64,000 nucleotides of DNA from the human T2T-CHM13v2.0 reference genome, Homo sapiens: assembly GCF_009914755.1 (NCBI RefSeq), contig NC_060925.1; one strand, given 5' to 3'. Both the position numbers and the translations under genes were made by a program. Each line of letters starts with the position of its first letter. The first letter of the stretch is position 1. Below, one piece after another: positions 53,925 through 64,000 of the stretch. Under the pieces are notes generated by a model. That model ran no database searches, was not told the DNA's origin, and worked only from the letters and a program-made list of their open reading frames with translations.

Positions 53925-55901
53925 GACAATAGTGATGAAAATCGGATTGCTGCTGTAATAAATACCAAAAATGTAGCGGCAGCTTTGAAACTCGGTAATA
54001 GGTGGTAGCAGCTGGAAGAGTTTTGAATTGCATGATAAAAAAAAAAAAAGCCTACATTGCGGTACATGGACTGTTAAGGGTGAGTCCGTTGAATGCCAAG
54101 AAGGAAAAGAGAAGAGCTATGGAGAATGACTCAATCTTCTTAGAGAATACCAAAGTGCCTTTGAGTGGAATGTTAGTAGAAGTGTGGATGGTAACAACCA
54201 TTCTGATGAAGGCTTCAATAAAAATTAGGAACATGTTATTGCAAACTATAAAAAAAGTCAACCTTGTGATAAAGTGGCAAAGATCTTGGCTGAATTGTTT
54301 TTCTGTTGTAGCATTTTGTGGGAGGTAGAGCTTGTAAGTGTTGAAATTGGATGTTTGGCAGAGAAAATTTCTATGCAAACTGTTGTATAGAATGCGCTGA
54401 CTTCTCATACTGTGCGTAGTATAATATAAGAGGAGAGAAATGACATAAAATGGAATTGTTAACCAGAAAGTAAGTAGAACTTAAAGCTTTGAAAAATTCT
54501 TAGCATATCATTATTGTAAAGAATGAGAAAGCTGGTTTGAGAGAGAACACTAAGGGTGTGGCCAAACAGTCATTTGATAAAGGGAATAGTCAGCCATCTC
54601 AACAGGAGCCTCTGGGGTTATCAAAGACATGGGGGAAAATAATATGGATTAGCCATCTCAACAAAAGCTAGGAGCAATGGAAAATTGCAAAGGAGATGCC
54701 AACCAGCACTGCAGGACCTAGGTGCATGCTGCATCACAGGATCCACTCCCAGAACTCAGGAGCTGCACTTCTTGGTCACCCTAAGTATAGCTTCGGTGAG
54801 TCCAGGTATAGCATAAGCAACAGTGGTTACCTCTCTGGGGTATATAGTCAGCAAATTTGGCAGAGTCCCTATGGTGCCTTGCACCTGTGTGTGCAAGGCA
54901 TGAGCCCTGGGAGCATGTTTGCCTCCGCCTAGATGTAGAGGGATGGAATCAATCTTCTGGGGAACCATGGGGGTGGGGCACAGACAGAGAGAAATTCTGT
55001 GGTCATTTAGCCAAGCTAGGAAGGCAGGGCCACTCAAAGTCAGGGCAATAAGAATGCCCAGTGTCTTGGGGGCCCAACCCCTGCCTGGCTAAGCTATGGG
55101 ACCAGGATCCCGACCTCAGTGGTTCTGGTAGGTGGGACCTCCACACCAACAGTTCCAGAAGGTTGGAATTGTAGGGCAGAGCATTAAGTCAAAAAGGATT
55201 GTTCTTTAGCCTTAAGATCTAATGAAATGTGCCCTATTGGGTTTTAGACTTTCTTCAGATCTGTCTCTCCTTTCTTTTTTTCCTTTTTTTTTTTTCTCTT
55301 TTGGAATGAGAATGTCTTTGCTATGCCTGTCACACCATTGTATTTTGGAAGCATATAACTTGTTTGATTTCACAGGTTCATAAATGGAGAATAATTTGCC
55401 TCAGAATGAATTGTATGTTGAGTCTCCCCCATATCTAATTTAGCTGATATTCAGATGAGACTTAGACTTTTGAGTTGAGGGTATGTGAGCAGAACTTGAA
55501 TGGGGGCAGAAGGTGGTGTAGAGACAAAATGCTACAGACTGAACTTTTGTGTCCCAACCGCCATCCTCCAAATACATATGTTGAACCCTAATCTCCAGTG
55601 TCATGGTATCTGGAGGTAGTCCCTTTGGGAAGTGATTAGCTCATGAAGGTAGAACCTTCATGAGTAGCAGCAGTAGCCTTTTAAAAAGAGATTTCCAGGG
55701 AGCTCATTTTCCCCTTGTGCTACGTGAGGACACAGGGAAAAGACAGCTATCTATGAACCAGGAAACGAGCCCTCAGCAGATACCGAATCCAACAGCAGCA
55801 CCTTAATCTTGGACGTTCCAGCCTCTAAACTGTGAGAAGTTATTATTTTTTTTAAAGAGACTACCTAGTCTCTGTTATAACAACCAAAGCAGATTAAGAT
55901 A
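53925..55901 (+). mobile_element. MLT1A-type MaLR: internal region (53925-55529) + 3' LTR (55530-55901); 5' LTR not seen
   Basis: AAATACCAAAAATGTAGCGGCAGCTTTGAAACT internal start; TTTGCCTCAGAATGAAT...CAGATGAGACTT internal end; LTR TGCTACAGACTGAAC...GTGAGGACACAG...CTATGAACCAGGAAACGAGCCCTCA. Confidence 0.85.
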
Positions 55902-57019
55902 GCTGCCACTCATTATAGTAACTCAGTGATCTACTCATTAATCCATTAAGCTTCAGTTTTTCTTCTGTTGTGTGATATATTAAATCATTGACCTACCCTC
56001 ACTTGTAATTCCTCTGTCAGGAAGGGTATTATTATGGCCCTATTACAGGACAACTGTTCCTCAAAATAATTGATGGAGTATCCAAAATAAACTGATAAGA
56101 AATTAATTTTCTATACAGAAAGAAAAACTATATTGTATATAAGATGTTATTCTCCAATATTCATACATGTATGTAATTAAATTCAGTTTTCTGACTAAAA
56201 AAAAAAGAACTAGAATCTTGTCCAGCTGACCAGTTGACTTGGAATAACTTGTAGCTACTTCCATAAGTAGCTTTTGAAATTTACCTATAATTTAGTCAAC
56301 TGAGCTTCTGGAGATAACTTGGGCTGTAAACAGGAACATAATTATTCTCCCCCTTGATTTCAGATGCAATATTCAACAAGCCCTGTACCTTTCATAGCTG
56401 TGCTACAGAATTTGAAGTGTGCCTCAAGTAATTTTCAAAGGCATAAAGTATGATATAAATGAAGAGAATAATATAAAGATGTAAACAAACACAGCAACTC
56501 TTTATTTCTTAGGGTAGTGAGTAATGATTATTAAACTTTGTTTTTGAAAAAGATTTTTCTAATGGTTTCACAATTATTCTTAAATATAAATGGGGGTATG
56601 AATTATTATTAATTATAAGAATGCTAATTATTTCGTAGTTCAAATACAACCAATTATTAATTCATTCAAAAACACATTGAATGATACTGTGTGCTAGGCA
56701 CTGTGCTAAATGCTAGAGAAAAAAAATTTTCCGATTTTTGGTTAAATAGCTACTTCATGTAGGATGGTTACATCTCTCTATCTCAGAACCTAATTTAAAC
56801 ATAGTTGAATATGAGCCTACAGGAAACAATGTTCATTGAGATTGGAAAAAAAGATTTGATACATTTTCATTATACAAATATCAGGAATATTTAAACTGAA
56901 TGAAGACAGTAATGATGAATTAATATCTTTCCTGAAACAAAATAGTTTATAATTTTATGATATAAGAAGTAAATACTAATGATTACCAGTATTTACTAAT
57001 TATAGTTTAAGTCTTAACT

Positions 57020-57190
57020 GATTCAACAAGGCAATGTGGTTGTAATATTGTCATTCTTATTTTCCAAATGCAAAAACTGAGGCACAGAACAGCTAAGGAA
57101 ATTGTCCATGGTCACACAACCAGGAAGAGGATACACTTGAATACAAACTCAAAAAGTTAAATCCTAGAGTCCTTATTTTAATCATTCTGG
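57020..57190 (-). mobile_element. MIR SINE
   Basis: ATTTTCCAAATGCAAAAACTGAGGCACAGA...TTGTCCATGGTCACACA core. Confidence 0.78.
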
Positions 57191-57199
57191 TGTATTCCC

Positions 57200-57798
57200 T
57201 GTACATTAGAGTTTTATGAAGGACACATAATCGTTATGAGTGATGTGAAACTAGGAATTCATTATAGGGAAAGTTATACTTTAGATTTTAGGCAATGGTG
57301 GGAGTTGGTAAATAATTCTATCAAAGACTTTACATATGACTGTTACATCTGATACTGGGCCTTAAGTTTTGTAGATCAATAAAGGTCATTAGAGGGAATG
57401 AAAATTTGGATGTGAAGGAGGTGAAAGTCAAGACAAACTGGAACCCAGGAGAACACACTGGGATCCACATCAGTCTCTCATTGCCTCCAACCTTGATGAT
57501 GTAGAGAACCAGCAGGAGCTAGCATTATTTACCATGGAGCTCCTCATGTTTTGCACTTAGGACTCAGGTAATTTGAAAGTGGAGATCTGGTGAGAGCCAG
57601 AAGAGCTAAGTGGCCAGTTGCTGCCCATACCAACAAAGTAAGCCAGAACTTCTGCAACAATGTATGAGAGTTCCAGAGCTTGGCATTCCACATCAACCTT
57701 GAAAGCATACTGGTTGGTGGCCACTTCACTTTTATCTCTTACATTTCACCATACAACCTATATTTAATATAGATCCTGGAGAAAACCCAATGATAACA
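57200..57798 (-). mobile_element. Old ERVL-type LTR (LTR41-like; exact family uncertain)
   Basis: TG start, near-repeat GACAAACTGGAACCC / AACACACTGGGATCC, GTCTCTCATTGCCTCCAACCTTGATGA recalled from LTR41-group consensus; no clean TSD seen. Confidence 0.6.
57498..57680 (+). pseudogene. APOA4: Decayed fragment of APOA4 coding sequence embedded in the LTR
   Basis: Translation from 57528 FTMELLMFCT*DSGNLKVEIW*EPEELSGQLLP(-1 frameshift)TNKVSQNFCNNV*EFQ aligns without codon gaps to recalled human APOA4 [50 protein letters not shown] (23/50 identical by hand count). Confidence 0.8.
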
Positions 57799-58624
57799 CT
57801 TATTTATAAGAAATAAAAAATAAGTATAAACCACATTGGACATTTTTGAATTATTTTCATCAGAAGCCCTAAAGCATTTGAAAGCCAGTGTTCTACAAGG
57901 CTTCAGGGAACAGCAATCTAGCACTCTTGAGAGGAAAATAATAAACCATTGACAGAGTGAGCCTCACTAACACTTCTTGGCCACCTTCATTAAATAGTGC
58001 TCTTTTATTATTACATTCGATCATGGTCCTGGAATAAGACCAGCAATAGTCACATGGTCATATCTAAACTTTCAGGTTGGATCAAAAGCAAATTTACTTA
58101 AGAGAAGTAGCCCCATATTTAGTTGCTTCATTAAACCAAAGATACTGTGAAAAAAATGTTCTAGAGCATTGAGATGTAAGATCACAGAACTCGTATTTTA
58201 AAAGTTGATTGGCCATACTTCCTTTTTAAATGTGAAAGAACTATTCTAACATACACAAGGAGGACAGTTAGGGAATTTTTTAAAAAATCATCTCTAAAAC
58301 TCATTATAGCAAACTAAAATATCTTCACTTTGACTAATGTTAAAATAGTCAGGAAATCCAAGAGAACCAAAGAAAGAAGGTTTAAAAGCTAACTTACATC
58401 TGAGAAAACTCAAGAAATACATTTTAAAAGGTACAAAATGAGAAGTACTACCTAAAAATGGTCGCATTTTCCCAAACCTCCAGCAGCCATCATCTCTCTG
58501 CTTTTCTAACTTTCCCTATCAGTGTTCTCTCTGTTTTCTAGCGTGTGCTCACCACCTAGCCCCAAAGACAAAGTCAGTGCTTTAGAATTCTGTTATGGCA
58601 GCACCCCAATTCTATATAGTAATT

Positions 58625-59063
58625 TACATTTTTATTACGTATTGCTGAATAGCAAACCACCACAACACTTAGTGGTCCAAAACAAAAATGATTTACTCTT
58701 TTTATACTTCTTTGGTTTGGTTGGGCTCAGCTCAGAAGTTTTCTGCTCCACATGTTGCCTAATAGGGTCACCCATATGTTTGCATTCGCCTGGAAGATCA
58801 GCTTGGACTGACCATTAGCTGAAGCATCTCAGTTCTATTCCAAATAATCTCTGCATACAATTACCTAGAATTCTTCATGCATCAGGAATCCAAGAGAGTG
58901 AAAACAGAACCTGCCAGTCTTTTTAGTGCCCACTGACAAATCGTCACTTCCATTATATTTTGCTGGTTAAAGGACCTCATAAAACCAAACTAAATTTAAG
59001 AAAAGGGGAAGCATACTCCCCTTCTTAAAAAGGGGAACAGAATGTACCTACAAAGGTGGAAAG
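58625..59063 (-). mobile_element. MLT1H-like LTR, interrupted
   Basis: ATTGCTGAATAGCAAACCACCACAACACTTAGTGG, GTTGGGCTCAGCT, GTCACTTCCATTATATTTTGCTGGTTAAAG. Confidence 0.72.
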
Positions 59064-59765
<702 letters not shown>

Positions 59766-61186
59766 AGGAGCCAAATGTTAATAGCCAAGACAATGGCGGA
59801 AATGTCCCTAGGGCATTTTAGAGACTTTCACAGCAACCCTTCCCATCACAGGCTTGGAGGCCTAAGAGGAAACATGGTTTTGTAGGCCAGGCCTAGGGCC
59901 CTGCTGCTCTGTGTGGCCTTGGGAGATGGCACCCTGCACTCCAGCTGCTCTAGCTCCTTGGCTAAAAGGGCCTTAGGTGCACTCGGGACATTGCTTCAAA
60001 AAGTGAAAGTCCCAAGCCTTGGCAGCTTCCACCTGGTGTTGGGCCTGCTGCAGGTACACAGAAGGCAAGAATTGAAGTTGGGAACCTCTGCCTAGATTTC
60101 AGAGGATGTATGGAAATGTCTGGATGTCCAGGCAAAAATCTACTGCAGGGGTGGAATCCTCATGGAGAACCTCTACTAGGGTAGTGCAGAGGGGAGATGT
60201 GGAGTTGGAGCCCTCACACAGAGTCCCCACTGGGGCACTGCTTAGTGGAGCTGTGAGAAGAGGGCCACTGTTCTCCAGACAGAATGGTAGATCCACTGAC
60301 ACTTGCACCATGTGCCTGGAATAGTTACAGGCATTCAATGCCAGCCTGTGAAACAGCTGCAGAGGCTATATCCTGCTGAGTCACAGAGGCAGAGTTTCCC
60401 AAGGACTTTGGAGCCCACCTTTTGCATCAGCATGTCCTCGATGTGACACATGAAGTCAAAGGAGATTATTTTGGAGCTTTCAGATTTAATGATTGCCCTG
60501 CTGGATTTCAGACTTGTATAGGGCCTCTAGCCCCTTTGTTTTGAACAATTTCTACCTTTTAGAATGGGAGCATTTACCCAAGGCATGTGCTGCCACCCCC
60601 ACCATTGTGTCTTGGAGGTAACTAACTCATTTTTTATTTTACAGTCTCCTAGGTGGAAGGGATTTACCATGTCTCAGATGAGACTTTGGACTTGGGCTTT
60701 TGAGTTAATGCTAGAATGAGTTAAGACTTTGGGGGATTGTTGTGAAGGCATGATTGGTTTTGGAATGTGAGAAGGACATGAGATTTGGGAGCAGCTGGGG
60801 TGGAATGAAATGGTTTGGCTCTGTGTCCCCACCTAAATCTCATTGAATTGTAATTCCCAGTGTTGGGGAAGGGACCTAGTAGAAGGTGATTGGATCATGG
60901 GGGTGGATTTTCCCCATGCTGTTCTTGTGATAGTGAGTTCTCACAAGATATGATGGTTTAAAAGTGTGTGGCACTTCCCCACTTGCTCTCTCTCTCTCCT
61001 GCCATCATGTGAAGAAGGTACTTGCTTCTCTCCTTTGCCCTTCCATCTTGAATAAAAGTTTCCTGAGGCCTTCCAGCCATGCTTCCTGTATACCCTGCAG
61101 AACTATGAGTCAATTAAGCCTCTTTTCTTCATAAATGACCTACTTTCAAGAAGTTCTTTATAACAATGTGAGAATGGACTAATACT
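59766..61186 (+). mobile_element. MSTA/THE1D-like MaLR: 5'-truncated internal (59766-60805) + 3' LTR (60806-61186)
   Basis: GGAGCCAAATGTTAATAGCCAAGACAATGG internal; LTR TGAAATGGTTTGGCTCTGTGTCCCCACC...AAAAGTGTGTGGCACTTCCCC...GCCATGCTTCCTGTA...GGACTAATAC. Confidence 0.9.
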
Positions 61187-61449
61187 CCACCATGAGGAAC
61201 TAAAATTTGACATACGGTAATAAAATTAAGTAGAATCTATTGAGTACCTAATAAGAGGTAGATGCTTTAAAACATCACCCCCAATACCTTGGAAAATCTG
61301 CATTATTCTCTATAACTTACATAAAATAAAATGGTCTTAACAGTACATAACTATGTCCAAGTAGAGATTCAAATGCCAGCTCTATCTGATTCTGAAGTGT
61401 ATATATTTTGCAATATGCTAGGCATGTTCTAAATATTCCTTAACTCTAA

Positions 61450-61802
<353 letters not shown>

Positions 61803-61894
61803 TGAATTCTTTAAAGCTACAAACTCCTATGGAGAATCTGATTTGCACTGTGGAAAGTCTGTTAGATAAAATGCATTGATGGTAGTCTCTCTGT

Positions 61895-62355
61895 ATCTAT
61901 ATCTCCTATCTAGAACTGTGTAGTTCCGACCCATTCTAGCTCTGGGCTGACATTACAATTAATTTGGTCAATAGAATGCTACAGAGGTAATGTTGTGCTA
62001 GTTTTAAGCCTAGACCTCTAAGTTTTAAGCTGAGACCTTAAGATGGCTCTGTATGCTTCTGCTTGCAATCTTAATTGCTTTCATGATAGAGTTGCTTTTG
62101 CTGTGAGAACAAGCTTGACTAACCTGTTGCAGGATGAGAGACCACATGAAGAAGAATAAAAGCATCTCAGCAAACAGTCAGCCAATACTGAGTAGCAGAG
62201 ATGACTAGCCTACCATTTACAGCTGACCACAGATATGAGGGGTCCCATTGTCAAAACCAGATGAATTGTCCAGCTAAGCCTAGCCAAAAATTACAAACCT
62301 GAAAATTATGAGCTAAATAAATACTTCTTTGAAATCACTAAGTTTTGGGGGAGGA
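61895..62355 (+). mobile_element. MLT1F/G-like LTR
   Basis: TTTGGTCAATAGAATG, GGATGAGAGACCACATG, CAGCTAAGCCTAGCCAAAA, CACTAAGTTTTGGGG. Confidence 0.75.
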
Positions 62356-62431
62356 TAGAAGATAGGAGGATATACTGAAGAGGAAAATACTGAGGACTTA
62401 ATTTTTCTTCAACTAAAAAATGATAGAAATT

Positions 62432-64000
62432 ATATGGAGAACTACCAACACACTGATCAAGGAAATAAGAGAGGACACAAACAAATGAAAAAACATTTCA
62501 TGCTCATAGATAGGAAGAATGAATATCATGAAAATGGCCATACTGCCCAAAGTAATTTACAGAATCAATTCTATCCCCATCCAGCTACCATAGACTTTCT
62601 TCACAGAATTAGAAACAACTACTTTAAATTTCATATGGAACCAAAAAAGAGCCCGTATAGCCAAGACAATCCTAAGCAAAAAGAAGAAAGCTGGAGGCAT
62701 CATGCTACCTGATTTCAAACTATACTACAAGGCTACAGTAACCAAAACAGCTTGGTACTGGTACCAAAACAGAGATATGGACCAATGGAACAGAACACAG
62801 GCCTCAGAAATAATGCCACATACATACAACCATCTGATCTTTGACAAACCTGACAAAAACAAGCAATAGAGAAAGTATTCTCTATTTAATAAATGGTGTT
62901 GGGAAATCTGGCTACCCATATGCAGAAAATTGAAACTGGACCTTTTTTTTTTTACACCTTATACAAAAACTAACTCAAGAAAGTTTAAAGACTTAAATGT
63001 AAGACCTAAAGCCATAAAAACCCTGGAAGAAAACCTAGGCAATTCATTCAGGACATATAAGCATGAGCAAAGACTAAAAAACTAAAGAGCTTGTGCACAG
63101 CAAAAGAAACTATCATCAGAGTGAACAGGCAACCTACAGAATGGGTGAAAATGTTTGCAATCTATCCATCTGACAAAGGGCTAATATCCAGAATCCACAA
63201 GGAACTTAAACAACTCTACAGGAAAAAAAAATCAAAACGTGGGTGAAAGATATCAAAAGACACCTCTCAAAAGAAGACATTTATGCGGCCAACAAACATG
63301 AAAAAAAGCTCATCATCACTGGTCATTAGAGAAATGAAAATCAAAACCACAATGAGATACCATCTCATACCAGTTAGAATAGTGATAATTAAAAAGTCAG
63401 GAAACTACAGATGCTGGAGAGGATGTGGAGAAATAGTAATGCTTTTATACTGTTGGTGGGAATGTCAATTAGTCCAACTATTGTGGAATACAGTGTGGCA
63501 ATTCCTCAAGGATCTAGAACCAAAAATACCATTTGATTCAGCAATCTCATTACTTGTTATACACCCAAAGGATTATAAATCATTCTACTATAAAGACACA
63601 TGCACACATATGTTTATTTTAGCACTATACACAATATCAAATTTGGGTTGTAACCAACCCAAATGCCCATCAGTGATAGACTGGATCAAGAAAATGAGGC
63701 ACATATACACCATGGAATACTATGAAGCCATAAAAAGCATGAATTCATGTCCTTTGCAGGGACATGGATGGAGCTGGAAACCATAATCCTAAGCAAACTA
63801 ACACAAGAACAGAAAACCAAACACCACATTTTTCATTTTGAACAGTGAGAACACATGGACACAGGGAGGGGAACATCACACTGGGGCCTGTCATGAGGTG
63901 TCGGGCTAGGGGAGGGATAGCATTAGGATAAATATGTAATGTAGATAATGGGTTGATAGGTGCAGCAAACCACCATGGCACGTGTATACCTATGTAACAA
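62432..64000 (+). mobile_element. L1PA7-like 5'-truncated element (ORF2 3' part + 3'UTR), runs off the window end
   Basis: ORF2 remnants (ORF 63283-63786, CWRGCGEI...); 3'UTR GGGCTAGGGGAGGGATAGCATTAGG...GCAGCAAACCACCATGGCACGTGTATACC; internal deletion near 63075. Confidence 0.93.

Noticed and set aside
54002-54408. 108-aa and 118-aa opposite-strand ORFs
   Set aside because: Lie within decayed MLT1A internal sequence; not host genes.
57498-57680. The real APOA4 locus or a processed pseudogene
   Set aside because: Only ~60 codons with stops and a frameshift, no other exons, no poly-A or TSD; flanks are LTR-like and AT-rich.
63283-63786. 167-aa ORF
   Set aside because: L1PA7 ORF2 remnant with surrounding frameshifts and a deletion.

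Overview
Human nuclear DNA: an AluYb8, a human-specific subfamily, sits at 22851-23147. The window is very AT-rich and CpG-poor and consists mostly of layered transposon fossils: old L1M and young L1PA LINEs, L2/MIR, about ten Alus, MaLR LTR elements (two complete THE1 proviruses, MST, MLT1), ERV1/ERVL LTRs, and Tigger3/MER3 DNA transposons. It looks like a gene desert or the interior of a very large intron. I can support no host protein-coding exon; the long ORFs in the track are L1 ORF2, THE1-internal or Alu read-through remnants. Two items the ORF track does not show: (1) an ancient mitochondrial insertion (NUMT; 3' part of tRNA-Phe plus 5' ~300 nt of 12S rRNA, minus strand, ~39941-40274) inside an old L1; (2) a decayed ~180-bp piece of apolipoprotein A-IV (APOA4) coding sequence carried antisense inside an ERVL-type LTR (~57498-57680), apparently retroviral capture of a host gene fragment. 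Other structures: one target site hit twice (three TSD copies), a twin-primed L1PA inversion, two head-to-head THE1 proviruses sharing the same 31-bp deletion, an L1 with a second 5'UTR placed just before ORF2, and a 179-bp tandem duplication. Repeat names and gene alignments come from recalled consensus sequences, not a search; boundaries of old elements are approximate. I cannot demonstrate a new biological system; the APOA4-carrying LTR is the best lead and may already be noted in repeat databases.
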